A DNA stretch of 64,000 nucleotides, taken from contig OX597820.1 of NCBI GenBank assembly GCA_951406725.2, positions 74,462,001-74,526,000 of the forward strand, in the 5' to 3' direction. Shown here in pieces: positions 1 to 14,407 of this stretch. The notes below the pieces were generated by a model, which was not told where the DNA came from, did no database searches, and was given only the letters and a program-made list of their open reading frames with translations. The stretch comes from Octopus vulgaris (lineage: Eukaryota). Position numbers and translations under genes: made by a program. Numbering within the stretch: position 1 is the stretch's first letter; each line of letters opens with the position of its first letter.

Positions 1-189
1 ATGTGTCTTCTGCTGTAGCTTCAAACCAACAAAAGCCTTCTCAGTGGATTTTGTACATATATACAGGCATACATACAGATATATACATGCATGTTCTATA
101 TCTTATAAATTACCCATATTTACTTACCCATGCTTCATTCCCCTCTTGCCTACATAAGCATCCATTCTCTTTTAACACAGCATGAAGTT

Positions 190-516
190 TTGTAACAGCA
201 CATCCGTTGCCGTTCGTGGAAATCGAAGAGATCCTATTCACCTGCGAACGTTTTACACCGCCTTCCACGACTATCAAATTCTTACATTTATGAGAACAAT
301 AACATGGCTATTTTCAAGGCAACCTCGCATTCAATTCTTACACCATTCTACGAGGGGGTAGGAACCCCTTTACACGGCTTTCTATACACTTACAAATACA
401 TTCATTCGCCGTAAACTTATATCAATATTTGCTTGAATAATCATCATAATTCAGTGCAATCATCAACAGTACTTTCAAGCAATTCAGCCTCGAGCATCGC
501 CGGGCAATTCTGCTAG
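190..516 (+). mobile_element. Non-autonomous Helitron, 3' terminus (5' boundary uncertain)
   Basis: GC-rich imperfect hairpin CCTCGAGCATCGCCGGG (488-504) followed by CTAG|T at 513-516, the canonical Helitron 3' end; resembles the terminus at 8337-8364 on the other strand. Confidence 0.6.
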
Positions 517-1732
517 TATATATATATATATAAAACCGTCTAAAGGATAAAATTATCCATTACACTACCGATATATACTACCTATATTAAACCATGGGAA
601 TACATATGCAAATATATTATGCTCATAGCTTATAGGTAAAGACAAAGATAAAGCTGGGTTTATCAAGAATCAAAATTTAAAGAAAACAAAAAATGGAGAA
701 ATACTGATGAACAAATCGTTGTTCACCAGTACTTCTCTATTTTCTGCTTTCCTTATATTTTCTCTCTCTCTCTCTCTGAGGATGATGATGATGAGAATGA
801 TGAGGAGGAGGAGGCAGGTGATGATGAACGATGATGATAGTAACTTGTAATTTCAACCCAGATGGGAATCTTCAGATTGAGGGATTTTTTTCAAATGAGA
901 GTTTTTCTTTGTTTTTGTTTTTTTAATGTAATTGGTGTTGTTTTGTGGCGGGTGAATATACTTATTTTATTTGTTTTTATTGGAAGGCTCTTGTTCTGTC
1001 TGGGTAACTTGGGGATAAGTGTTCGCGCAGGAAAGAAGATCGATTAGGTATATAAAGATAAGTGGTCTACTCCGTGATTAAAAAGAAAAAAAAAGATTCA
1101 TAAATTAATTAGTCATTCAGTAGGATAGTGTGTGAAAGTGTATAGTGGTTTCGTAATTGCACAAGCATGAATGTTTTGGAGAATGAAGTTCACTGGAGCG
1201 TGAATATTCTTATAAATATACATCAGGTTAGAGGTTTAATATTTGAAGAATTTTCTGGATAGAGACAATGGCATTGTCGATAAATAGGATTTGATGCTTT
1301 GCAGTAAATTGACTTATTGGACGAATGTGTATGAGTCTTTGTGTGCGTGCGTGTGTGTGTACGTATGTATAAAGTTCAAGGGTGATGTTAGACTGACAGG
1401 TGCATATGCGAATATATATATACAAGTAGATATGCGTACACATATATGCAAATATTACGTCTGTATATAAGTATGTTTGGATATGTGTGTGAGTGTGGGT
1501 GTGTGTATGCATTGATCTTGAGTTAGTGCTTTCAAAATAAATTAATACGCCAGATAACATTCTCTGGATAAAGGAATCAATAGAAATGTAGAATCTCAAA
1601 ACTTTTCAGACCAATATGGAGATTGATAGGGACTTCGAAGTCTAGACATCACTGTCACTCTAATACACACACACACACTCACACATGCTCACGCACACAT
1701 AAATTCACACACATATTAAAATATACATTTAA

Positions 1733-1782
<50 letters not shown>

Positions 1783-1805
1783 ACATACACACATATATAT
1801 ATATG

Positions 1806-1868
<63 letters not shown>

Positions 1869-1879
1869 AAATATGTATA

Positions 1880-1911
<32 letters not shown>

Positions 1912-2176
1912 AATATATATATGTATGTATATGCATATGTATGTATATTCAGTGACATCAGACGAAGTTGAGAATTTGGTTCCATTGATTTATCTGTGTT
2001 CCGAGATGGCTGAATAAGCCTGTTTTTCACCTGAAAGAATGCTGATAACGAGGTGCATATGTGCTCAAGCAGGCATACATACATACGTACATACATAAAT
2101 ACATACATACAAATATACATACGCGTTTTTATACATATATTCATTTATATGTATGTGTATACATATATATTTACAC

Positions 2177-2221
<45 letters not shown>

Positions 2222-2255
2222 CATATATATATATATATATATTACATACATATAC

Positions 2256-2286
<31 letters not shown>

Positions 2287-2291
2287 CATAC

Positions 2292-2366
<75 letters not shown>

Positions 2367-3344
2367 CATACATATACATATATATATATAGAGAGAGAGA
2401 TAGGTATATATATACATACATATATATATTAATATATGAATATATGTAAATATTTGTATGTGTATATAAGTGTGTAATTAAGTAAGTATACAGTCATGTA
2501 GATATGTATATGTGAATATGTGTGCAAAATAAGTGCTGATCGAATTAGCGTGAGCAACACATCTTTAAATGTGACTTTATCTGAATCGAATAGACGCTGA
2601 AATATGAAGAGTGTCTGATAAGAGCAAAGATATGGGTGACAACTTCAAACCATAAAGAAAACAGACTTTTCGTAATTTTTAATTATTGAATTTTCAACAA
2701 AGTATCTGTCTCCCCTATTTTAAGAGACAGTAGGTATACCACTTCTGGTTATACTCCCAATCTATAACATATGTGTCACTGCGTGTAGCGTTAAAAAACA
2801 TATTCAGTTACATATAATAGATCGTTGTGGCAGCCAAAGAGATTTTCAATATTCAACTATCTGATGCTATTTTCATTTCTTTGCATTTTATATGGGGCAC
2901 TGCTCTATTATATGGGTCTGTGTTCCATCCCTGGAAGGTTCCATAGCGAACTTGCTCTTCTGTGAGATGTTGATAGTTTTTCTTTTAACACATCCTTATT
3001 TCAGATTTCTAATACCACCAAAGCTGAATTTTCCTTTCATCCTTTCCATGTCGATAAAAGTACCAGTCTTGTACTGGGGTCGTTTCAATCGATTCCTTGC
3101 TCTCTGCAAATTTGTTTACCTTACACCAAAGAATAACGTAGGATGTAGCGATAATTCAAGCCAAGAGAAGCTGCTGGATTCATTCATCAAAAATAGCCAT
3201 AAATTTCGCTTTATTATTTATCATTTATTTTTCTTTTGGTTTGTATTTTATAATGATTCTGTACATGTAAGGTTTATATCATATAAATATTATTCTTAAA
3301 AAAGAATATCATTGACAGTGACTTCGAAGTTTCGACTAAATAAA

Positions 3345-3540
3345 CTAGCGCTGGGCAAAATGCTTAGCAACACTTCGTCCGTTTTTACGTTCTGAGTTCA
3401 AAAGCTACCCAGGTCGACTTTGTCTTTCATCATTTCGAGGTCGATAAAATAAGTACCAGTTGAGCAATGGAGTCAATCTGATCAACCTTCTACCCGCCCA
3501 CCTCAAATTTCTGGCTTTGTACCAAAATTTGAAACCAAAT
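3345..3540 (+). mobile_element. tRNA-derived SINE family B copy
   Basis: Shares TTTACGTTCTGAGTTCAAA..GGTCGACTTTG..TTTCATC..TCGATAAAATAAGTACCAGTT with many other copies in the window. Confidence 0.8.
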
Positions 3541-3819
3541 TTGAAGAGATATGTTTGATACAAATCATCCTTTGTTCAACTTTGCCTCATAATTCCCTAG
3601 AGTTAATAGAATAAGATGCAAGTTGCGGTTTCGATATAATCAGTTATATCACCCCTATACTTCAAAACGGTGACATTGTACCGAGTTAAAAGTTAATATT
3701 TTGTAAAACCGTATTCCAAGCTCTGCAGACATTCATTTTTTAATGTGTTACCTTTGTATATTTTAAGTATGTTATCTCTCTATATTTCAGATAGTTTAAT
3801 GTACACACTCACGCGCACG

Positions 3820-3892
<73 letters not shown>

Positions 3893-4289
3893 ACAAAATC
3901 GCGCACAAACACAAATTCAACTTCGCATTAACATTAAAGAGAATAAAGGTTATCTCATTTCATAAAACATTAAAGTATCACATAAAATACAATCACTGTT
4001 AAAAAATATTAGAGTTTTTCTTTTATTAAATGGTTTTAAAATATCGATAGCTTCGCAGCGTGACAACATTCTTACTCTTTCCAGTATAGGCACAAAATTG
4101 TTCAGTCATATTATATATGATATTGCTCTGATTGTTTTAAATCAATAAGACAGCCGTTCCCACTTATGTAACCAATATCAAAATGTGTAGCGCAGTCAAA
4201 AGTCAGACTATATCCGTATGAAACAACACAGACTAAATATCTCTCTTTTTCTCTATTTACATACATACATTCATGCATACACACACATC

Positions 4290-6652
4290 GATCCAAAATG
4301 CCTTTGAATGTCGTATCATATCCTTTCGGTAACACTTTTTAATCACGAAGTGTCGGAGTGTATCCCTTGACCAAGTTTGCATACATGAGGCTGATAATAT
4401 CATAAGACTTGGAAGGCATCTCATTGAGCAGCATTCCTTGTCTGATAAATTTAAATACATGCCCAAAGAAGTCGTACGACTCTACCGCAACGTATCATCA
4501 GATGATAGGATGAGCGTATACGAGCAGAAGACCATGAAGGGATATGTTAGAATAAAGATCAGAAATGATAGTAACACTGATCATCAAAACAATCTATCAG
4601 GCACCAACAACCGGATTACTACCTAACACTTTGAAAGGGTATACATTTGCAATCCAGAAACATGAGATATCAACAAAATACTTGATGCACAAAAGGGACA
4701 GGGATGCAGGAAAAGCAATAAAATGTGACAACCGATGCAGACTTGGTGGAGTTAACACTGAAGACATCACGCACATCATAAGCAGTTGTCCGAACACGTC
4801 ATCATGGTTTTATCTACCGATGAGACATGATGTTATAGCTAGGACACTATATAATGAAATCTGTCGGAAGGATAACCTCGAGGACAAAGAAATAAGGAAC
4901 TACAGCATGGTAGAAGCTATAGCCACTCATAATAAATAGGAATACTAGTGGAATGTCCCAGTGAAAACCTCAATAAAATGTAAACACAATAGATCTGATA
5001 TAATGATCTGGGATAGAGAAGAGAAATTGTGTATAGTTGTGGAAATCAGCTTCCCAGCGGATGTTTCACTGAAGATCAGTGAAAAAGGGAATGCCTACGC
5101 TGAACTATTGAGAAATCTGCAGTTACCCTATCCAGATTACAAGTTCAGATTTATACCTGTAATTTTGGGGGCACTAGGATATGTAAGACATTGCCGAGAA
5201 ATGAGGCTTCTCAAAACCGGAAAGGGAAAAGCTAATTCGAAGACTACAGATCCAAGCCGTCACTGGAGCTATAAAATCTGTAAAATTTTCCAGGAGTTTA
5301 ACATTTAAGTATATATTAGGTCGTTTCACAGGAAATGTCACATTTTTAATTACTTGTTATTTTAGTTATTTAAAAACTTAATTACGTATACCTTGCATTT
5401 ATTCTTGACTCTCTTTCCCAACAATACTGGTATCCAAAATTCGTACCCACAGACCTTATGAAAATGATAACAACCAAATTGTATTGAATGATTTTCTCGT
5501 ATGAGTACAAACTGGGTTACTCTGCCGCAGAAGCTCTACGGAATATCAAGCGGGCCTTTGGTAATAGTTTTATTGACATAAAAACTGTTCAGAGATGGTT
5601 CCAAAGCTCTCGTTTAGGAGATATCTCTGAAAATAAACCAAGAGGTAGACCGAAATCAGTTATTCGGCATGATGGATTAAATACTTTGGTTTGGTTGAAC
5701 AAAATCCGAGAACAAAGGCTCGAAAAATTTCATCAGAACTTCAAACATCTCACACAACTGTTTTGGAAACCTGTAAAAAACTGGAAAAGTCAAGAAAATA
5801 GATAGGTTTGTTTCACATCAGCTGAACGAGATTAAAAAGAAAACAGACGCCTCGAAGTGTGCTCTTTATTGCTTTCTAGACTGGAAAAATACCATTTTTG
5901 CATAAAATCATTACTTGTGATGAGAAATGGATACTCTTTGACGACAGCAGGAGAACAGAACAGCGATCAGATGCAGGGGAGTCGCATAAACACTACCCAA
6001 ACCCACCTTTGCACCCTAGAAAGTTAGTGGTTGTTGTATGGTGGTCTACGAAGAGAGTTATTCATTATTCATTTTTGCAACAAGGAAAAACGGTAACAGC
6101 AACATCGTATTACCAAGAAATTGATTGTATGCATGAGAATTTCAAAAAGAAGCGATCCAGACTAGTGAAAAGAGATGTCCCAGTTTCGCCCCATGACAAT
6201 ACCCATCCTCACACTCCTCAAGCTACGGTCCAAAAATTGCAAAGACTGAATTATGAGATTTTGCAATATCCTCCCTATTCCCCTGGTATCTCTCCTACTG
6301 ATCATCACTTATTTAAGTATTTTGAGCTCTCCATAAGCAATAAAACATTCTTAAATAAAGAAGAGGTAATTGAAGCATTTGGACAGTTTATCACAGCAAA
6401 AAAATTGAAATTCCTTTTAAAGATGGAATATTCTTTCAAATACGATATTTCATGTGCAACAACCTAATATATGAGCATACCTAGATATGCAAGTATATGG
6501 ATGAGAAGACATGCATGAAACGAAACATACAAAACTGCACATATACATAAAAAATACCCTGTTGTTGAAATTCCAATGGAGGAGCGTTGGATCGAGGGTA
6601 GAAATCGGCTTTTTCTTTATTGGCAAGAAATCTCGAAATAAAACTGAATAAT
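4290..6652 (+). mobile_element. 5'-truncated RLE-type (R4/Dong-like) non-LTR retrotransposon, interrupted by a mariner
   Basis: ORF 4565-4939 has a degenerate CCHC knuckle region (CRLGGVNTEDITHIISSC..RHD). ORF 4961-5308 has the restriction-like endonuclease motif (HNRSDIMIWD..VVEIS..EK..Y..FIPVILGALG). Sequence resumes after the mariner (6468-6652) and ends in (CATA)n. Confidence 0.85.
5316..6467 (+). mobile_element. Tc1/mariner (mariner-type) DNA transposon, degenerate
   Basis: Imperfect ~24-bp TIRs (TTAGGTCGTTTCACAGGAAATGTC vs reverse complement TTAGGTTGTTGCACATGAAATATC) with TA on both sides. Broken transposase has an HTH (TVQRWFQ..PRGRP), TCDEKW, HDN and PPYSPGISPTDHHLF. Confidence 0.92.
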
Positions 6653-6869
6653 GGCATACATACATACATACATACATACATACATACATACATACATACA
6701 TACATACATACACACACACACACGCATACATACATGCATACATACATACATACATACATACATACATACATACATACATACATACACACACACACGCATA
6801 CATACATACATACATACATACATACATACATACATACATACATACATACATACATACATACATGCATAT

Positions 6870-6901
<32 letters not shown>

Positions 6902-7076
6902 GCAGGCATACATACTCATATGTAAATACCTAAATGCGTGATTCGGAAATGAGGACGGTTTGTTAGTATATATAATTAATCGATGAGTCTACGTAGCCGC
7001 CAGTAGACTAAGACAGCCTAAGGGACCCCACCACCTGTGGCTCAGCGAGACATACACAATATAGCAACTGGAAGGC

Positions 7077-7143
<67 letters not shown>

Positions 7144-7418
7144 GGGGAGGTAGAAGTGTAGAGAGAGATGCAGCGGATGGCACACATATCGGCTTAGTAG
7201 ACTGGTGCAAGGTAATATGAAGCGCTTTGCTCCAGGATACCACGCCGTGTCCAGGCTCCAAAGCAAATCTACGAACTTACGTTTGAGAGTTCGACACTAA
7301 TCGCACCACCCTTTCACTCATCTATCTGTCCATCCTATCCATCCATCCATCCATTCATCCATCCATCCATCCATCCATCCATCCATCCATCCATCCATTC
7401 ATACATACATACGAACAC

Positions 7419-7458
<40 letters not shown>

Positions 7459-7922
7459 TGAGAGAGAGAGAGGAACAGACAACAGAGAGAGATAAATAGA
7501 TCAAATGATGCACAGATGGACACACACCTATAAGATTTAGGTTATATTTTAAAGGAGATCCAATTTTTATTACTACCAAATCGAACGAATATTCAAAATA
7601 GCTTGTACCAAACTGGAGTCCGCTGACAGAGACGAGTTCATACAAAAAAAAAAACAAGAAAAAATTCGTTGTTCATAGGAAAAAAACCTTTTTAAATTAA
7701 AGGGTTCTTGGCAGCGAAACTTTGGGAAACCACTGATTTAGAGGCTTCAACGATGACACTTGTAGAAGCACACTCGGTAAGTTATTAAATATGTTAGCAG
7801 TGACAAATATTCCGTAGTAATTATATGCCATTCGTATTTCGGGAGAAGGCTGGAGGGGGCTTCTTGTCAGGTCTTCTTGATATTCTTATTCTTGTAGATA
7901 GCATGAAATAAATTGAATATGT

Positions 7923-7973
<51 letters not shown>

Positions 7974-7976
<3 letters not shown>

Positions 7977-8272
7977 TATATGGATATAGGACGTCACCAA
8001 CAATAAACAACATGAAATACCGTAAACAAATGAGTTAAATACGCAACTAAGAGGAAAAAAAAAGAGAAAAGTAATACAAAGAATGATCCTTCAGTTATCA
8101 GCTGTCTATCTATTCCTCATTTCGAGTGCTCGAAATGGGGAGTAGATAGATAACTGATGAATGGGTCGTTCTTTGTCCGGTTTTCCATTTTTCTCTCATT
8201 GTTTGCGCATTTCACTCATGTGTTTTTGTATTTTATATTGTTTACTGTTGGTGACGTCCTGTACACATATAT

Positions 8273-8274
<2 letters not shown>
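7974..8274. repeat. Diverged ~150-bp-arm fold-back (palindromic) element between (TA)n and (CA)n tracts
   Basis: Arms mirror about TTCGAG-TG-CTCGAA (centre 8127/8128), e.g. GGACGTCACCAACAATAAACAA vs TTGTTTACTGTTGGTGACGTCC; a related fragment lies at about 39735-39785. Confidence 0.8.
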
Positions 8275-8335
<61 letters not shown>

Positions 8336-8336
8336 A

Positions 8337-8736
8337 CTAGCAGTATCGCCCGGCGTTGCTCGGGTTTGTAAGGGAAATAATTATATAAGCATTTTTAGAG
8401 ATGTAAAGTATAATAGCCATCTCAATATGGCTAACAACAAAGGGTAAGGGTGTTACTGTAGCTTTTTACGTGCTGAGATTTAATAATGAATTTTTAGAGA
8501 GTTACTTCCCTTATATATGCCAAAAATGCATTAAAAATGTGAAAAATTGATGGTAAATTTTTTTTTAAATCGTAGACTCATCGTAGACGCGCGCTAATAC
8601 CCAGAAGGGCTCGATATGAATCACGACTATAAGATACCCGGTTTTGGTTAAACTGCACCGCAAAATGTTGGAGTAGTTAGGAATCTAAATCGTAGGAGAC
8701 AGACAGCACACAACCTCTCTTTTATATATATAAAGA
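8337..8736 (-). mobile_element. Complete ~400-bp non-autonomous Helitron
   Basis: Minus strand begins A|TC(TTTATATATATAAAAG) and ends with hairpin CCCGAGCAACGCCGGG plus CTAG|T; inserted at an AT dinucleotide with no TSD. Confidence 0.8.
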
Positions 8737-8787
8737 TTTACATTATTCTTTAATTGAATGCCACGCATCCATTTCCAAGTAGGTATA

Positions 8788-8871
<84 letters not shown>

Positions 8872-9216
8872 TCAACATGTATATTTTATCAATTTATCGT
8901 TGTTATTATGAGACTGTTGGTATTCATACTGCAGAGAGGCTTTTATTGGCAAAATCTTTAGAATCGATATATACTTTAAATATTTTCTTTCGTGTTTGAT
9001 TACATCTGAGATTCAAGGTGTTATTACTGGATTACAGATTGCTTGAGTTTGCCCTTTAGTCAGTTGGCATATAAGAAAATGCCTATCGAAAAAATCTGTG
9101 ATACTATGATACTACGGAAATAATTATTATAAGAAAGCAGATTGCTTTAGTTTGTGAATATATTCTCGTATATCTTGTATATCTGTTTTATTATCAATTT
9201 ATCTTCAATTTTGAGG

Positions 9217-9298
<82 letters not shown>

Positions 9299-9319
9299 CC
9301 TAACTACCTACCTACCTAC

Positions 9320-9418
<99 letters not shown>

Positions 9419-9443
9419 CCTACCTACCTACCTACCTACCTAC

Positions 9444-9516
<73 letters not shown>
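9217..9516. repeat. (TCTA)n/(CCTA)n compound microsatellite
   Basis: Direct reading. Confidence 0.95.
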
Positions 9517-11628
9517 GGAGTGTTGTGAAAGTCCCATCACAGCCGCTGACATGCGGGATGCGATGGTGGGATGCGTGAGGGATAAGTCGCCTGGATTGGA
9601 TGGTTTACCCTACGAGCTGTATTGTCAAATGCCAGACTTGTTTGGCGACCTCTTGGCATCACTCTACTGCAACTGGCAACAAAACGGGAGAATCCCCGGT
9701 TTCGTGAGCCGAGGTGCAATGACGTTGCTGAAGAAAGACCCAAACAAGGGGAATTTTATAGATAATTTCAGGCCCATCACTCTGCTCAACGCAGATTTGA
9801 AAATTTTGGCCAAAGTAATAGCCGAGGGGTTGGCGCTGGTCATTGGTAAACTGGTCGACAGGGCGCAAACATGTACCGTGCCGGGCAGAACCATACATGA
9901 CAACCTCCATCTGATGCGCTACATTGTGGACAGGGTAGTTAAGGATCCTGGCATGGGTGGGGCGCTGATCAATTTACGAAAAACACATCCAGATGATAGG
10001 CGAGACACTAAGAAAATACGAAACGGTGACGGGAGCGAGGATTAACCCGGAAAAGTCAGTGGGTTTGCTACTCGGCACCTGGAGAAGCAAGCCCATGCCG
10101 ACCGACTGCGGCTCAGTAGTGGGACGCTGGACGGACGGACCGGTTAAATTGCTCGGGGTCTGGTTAAGTCCGGACCTCCAAATGGATAAGAACTGGGACG
10201 AGATCACGAGTAGAGTGGTAGCTCTCAGCCAAACATGGGCCGAGAGAAAGCTGTCTCTAAAAGGTCGGGCGGAGGTGGCGAATGCATAAATCGCATCCGT
10301 CATCGATTACCGCCTGACCGTCGTGCCTTGTCCCGACGCCACCATCACCAAACTAGAACGCATACTCTTCCGCTTGCTGTGGAAGGGTGGCGTTCCAATG
10401 GTGAGGAGGCCCATTTGCTGTCAATATCCGTTGAATGGAGGACTGGGCATGCCGTGGTTGATGATGCGCAGACATGCGCTGAGACTGCGACATCTCTGGA
10501 ACTTCATCGATGACGGTGAGCAGGTGTGGGTGCCGTTTGTGAGGCGCGCCTTCCCGCAGCTCGTCTCACTGACCGAACTGCAAACGTGGATCAAGAAGAG
10601 ACCGAAACTGGGCGATTGGCACCGAGAGTGTCTCCAAGCTCTACAGCAGCTCTGCCGACCGGGGTAAAACTTGTGCAACTTACAAACGACTAAAGCGTTC
10701 TATAGAGGACTAGTGGAGGGGAGGACCGACGACACACTCGGGGCAAACCTGGGCGTCGACGAGAAATTCCTAACCCGCCTGTTCAGGACGACGTTCGGGC
10801 CGGGGCCTATGGATAACTTCCAGAAATACCTGGCTTGGCAATGCTATCGAGACGCACTACCTGTTCGAGAGAAGAGCTACAGGCACGGTTCGAAAACCAT
10901 CACCGGACCGACCTGCCCGAGATACAGTCAGAGCGACGAAACCGTTCTGCACGCACTCGTGCAGTGTCCAGATATTTCAGAGCTGTGGACATTCGTCGAA
11001 CAGCTGTTGTCGCGTGTAGGACGGGCCCGCTTATCGGCCGAGTCTATCGTGAATATTGTTCCACCACCTTCCTTTAAACGGGAAGGGAGAACGGTTTTCG
11101 TTACGCTGATGGCTATGGCGAAAGTATGAGTGTGGTGGACGCGTTTGAAAAGACTGCAAACAAACACCTTCCTCTCTTGTTAGTCTCTAGTCAACTTTTT
11201 CAAGTACCACTTGAAAAGGAGGATGAGAATAGAGAGGAAGGCTTTGTCGAACGAATGTTTTAATAAAAAGTGGGTAAAAGAGGCAAAAATGGTCAGTATG
11301 AAAGACGACACTATTTTAACCGTAAATATGTAACCAAAAGAGACAACGAGAGGTAAAGTGACTTACTCATGTGTTCATTTTCGAACTGTCTGAGGTGACC
11401 TTGGTCTTTTTTTAAAGTTTTTCTTTCCAGGGCTACACCTAAACTGTGAACTTTATTTATATATATATATATTATATTTTTATACTCCACACAACCCACA
11501 GATCCCTATTGATCGAACGTTTTTTTTTCTTTGTGTCCCACCTATCCCACCTCGAAAAGAAAAAAACTCTACATTGTATTTCGGCCATTTTTATTCTGTG
11601 TTTAGCCCTGTGTGGCCACAATAAAAAG

Positions 11629-11630
<2 letters not shown>
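9517..11630 (+). mobile_element. 5'-truncated Tx1/L1-clade LINE ORF2 remnant
   Basis: Successive broken ORFs: [69 protein letters not shown] and the zf-RVT motif CPRY..ETVLHALVQCP. Stops and frameshifts present; flanked by (TCTA)n on both sides. Confidence 0.92.
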
Positions 11631-11679
<49 letters not shown>

Positions 11680-11754
11680 GCAATATATTTATCTGTACAT
11701 ACATGCACACATACATACATGCATACATACAAGTGTCAAATGAATCCACCTTCT

Positions 11755-12280
<526 letters not shown>

Positions 12281-12299
12281 TGAAAACATCCACATGTTT

Positions 12300-12497
12300 A
12301 TGTGTCTGAGTTTGTCCCTCCACCATCGCTTGACAACCGATGTTGGTGTATTTACGCCCCCGTAATCTAGCGGTTCAGCAAATGAGACCGAAAGAATAAG
12401 TGCTAGGCTTGCAAAAAATAAGTCGTGTGGTCGATTTGTTCGACTAAAGGCGCTGTTCTAGCATGGCTGCAATCAAATGACTGAAACAAATAAAAGG
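12300..12497 (+). mobile_element. SINE family A, 3' half
   Basis: CCATCGCTTGACAACCGATG..GCATGGCTGCAATCAAATGACTGAAACAA matches the other family A copies. Confidence 0.8.
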
Positions 12498-12561
<64 letters not shown>

Positions 12562-13424
12562 GTGTGTGTGTATGTGTGTGTATGTGTATGTGTATGTGTG
12601 TGTGTGTGTATTTCCCAGACACACAATACTAAAGCACCTGGTAACACAAGAATGTGTGTCTAGAAAAGTGTACAATAAGGATTTTGGAGAACGAATAGAA
12701 AAAAAATAAAAACAACACCCATAGAGCATGTTATCGTGATATCGCTCGAGCTATTGCTATGTTGATATAGATGTAGACATCGATACAATTACAGGATATA
12801 AATACTACTTTAAAATCTACTAATACACTAAAATAGCTACAGATACGATTGAGATAAAAGTATTATGATAAAGTAATGCAACTATCAAAAGAATGTGTAG
12901 TCGTATAAGTAGCATTGATTCTAATAATGATAATGTGATTCAATTACATTATATTGTGGTACAAATATAATGTCATATGACCTGCTTGCTGCAGGATTAA
13001 TTTTTGCAATCTTAATTAATGGGTTTGATTTATCTAGATAGCAACAGCAACAAACATGAGAAGAAACGTCTTAAGTTTTTGCGACAAACACGTAATAATA
13101 TTAATAAAAATGATAACAGTGATATTTATATTAAAGACGATTTCTTTTATTTTGCCACAAGGGCCCTTTCATACACACACACAGACATACACACATAAAC
13201 ATATTTATAAGTATGTAATGTGAAGAGACAAAAGACCTGGTAATACAATCCGCAAACAGGACACCGATTAGAGATGGATTTAAAGGACATATGTACATGA
13301 TAAAATAAAAACAGGCATTGTTATGAATCTGACAGCCATTTCGAGAAGATGTAGGTTGGTATGGGCAAGTTAATTCCCAAAACTTTAAGATTTAAACAAC
13401 TCTTTTATAAATCCTTTTGATTAA

Positions 13425-13509
13425 CTCTGATGAGAGAAATATAGATGATTGTTATAGCTGGAATTAACTCGCCCATACCAAACTATATCTTCTCGAAACG
13501 GCCGTCAGA
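13425..13509 (+). ncRNA. Type-I hammerhead ribozyme motif with minimal helix III
   Basis: CTGATGA (13427-13433); helix II GAGAAATATAG / CTATAT-C-TTCTC (13434-13444 / 13483-13494); GAAAC-GGCC-GTC (13495-13506) with a palindromic GGCC loop. Only 2 bp of proximal helix I remain (CT/AG). An inverted copy of its 3' half lies at 13328-13378. Confidence 0.7.
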
Positions 13510-13907
13510 CATTGCACCTGCTCAAGATTCCTTTTAAAATCATTTTATATCAGCTTTCTCATCTATGTGGATTAGCGCTATACATTCACCATTCACATAT
13601 TTTACTGTCCTCGTTGATCTTAATACGGACATACAACCTCGCAAATACATTTCTGTATTTTCATATATTTATATATTTATAAATTTTTATATTATATCTT
13701 GTGTATATGAAGGGCACCTATGTATGGTGTGGAGTATTCGGACGCTTTGAAGGAAATATATTGAATGAATATGAACACTGGTCTTTCAAATTTGTTCTCC
13801 CTTTCTTGGTTTTATATTCTTGAGGTTCTAGAGGAGCGCTAATTACTCGTGCTGCATAAGGCAATGATTATCCCTTTTATTTCTTCATTATATATATATA
13901 TATATAT

Positions 13908-14360
13908 AATGATAAATCTCAGAGCGAGTTATAAACAGTAGCAGCAACACATCGTGACGTATATTTGCCATTTGAATATGGCTAACCCCTAAGGGTGGAT
14001 GCTACTGTAGTTTGTAGCCCCAGGAGGACACCTCCTCCAGCTGGTTATAGACACACTTTCTGTGCCCTATCAGTATATAACCTACTTCTAATCGACAACT
14101 ATGATTGTCACACGCCGATGACGGGTCAATACCCTGAAATTCGAGTCCGTGTGTATCATAAGTTGAAGATGGGAAGGATGGCTTCCCTTTGCAAATACTG
14201 ATAGGGCACAGAAAGTGTGTCTATAGCCAGCTTGAGGAGGTGTCCTCCTGGGGCTACAAACTACAGTAGCATCCACCATTAGGGGTTAGCCATATTCAAA
14301 TGGCAAATATACGTCACGATGTGTTGCTGCTACTGTTTATAACTCGCTCTGAGATTTATC

Positions 14361-14363
<3 letters not shown>
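13908..14363. mobile_element. Fold-back element in (TA)n with ~170-bp near-identical inverted arms and a hammerhead-containing spacer (Penelope pLTR/retrozyme-like)
   Basis: 13908-14076 is the reverse complement of 14195-14363 with about 3 mismatches; the spacer holds a hammerhead motif. Confidence 0.85.
14096..14165 (+). ncRNA. Type-I hammerhead ribozyme motif (variant core)
   Basis: Helix I CACACG/CGTGTG, extended by CAACTATGAT/ATCATA-A-GTTG; core CCGATGA (U4C variant of CUGAUGA); helix II GGGT-CAAT-ACCC; GAAA-T-TCGA-GTC with a palindromic TCGA loop and GUC cleavage triplet. Confidence 0.75.
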
Positions 14364-14403
<40 letters not shown>

Positions 14404-14407
14404 CTTC

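Noticed and set aside
680-755. CTGATGA within a hairpin
   Set aside because: The box lies inside the paired stem, with no downstream helix II-GAAA; treated as a decayed palindrome.
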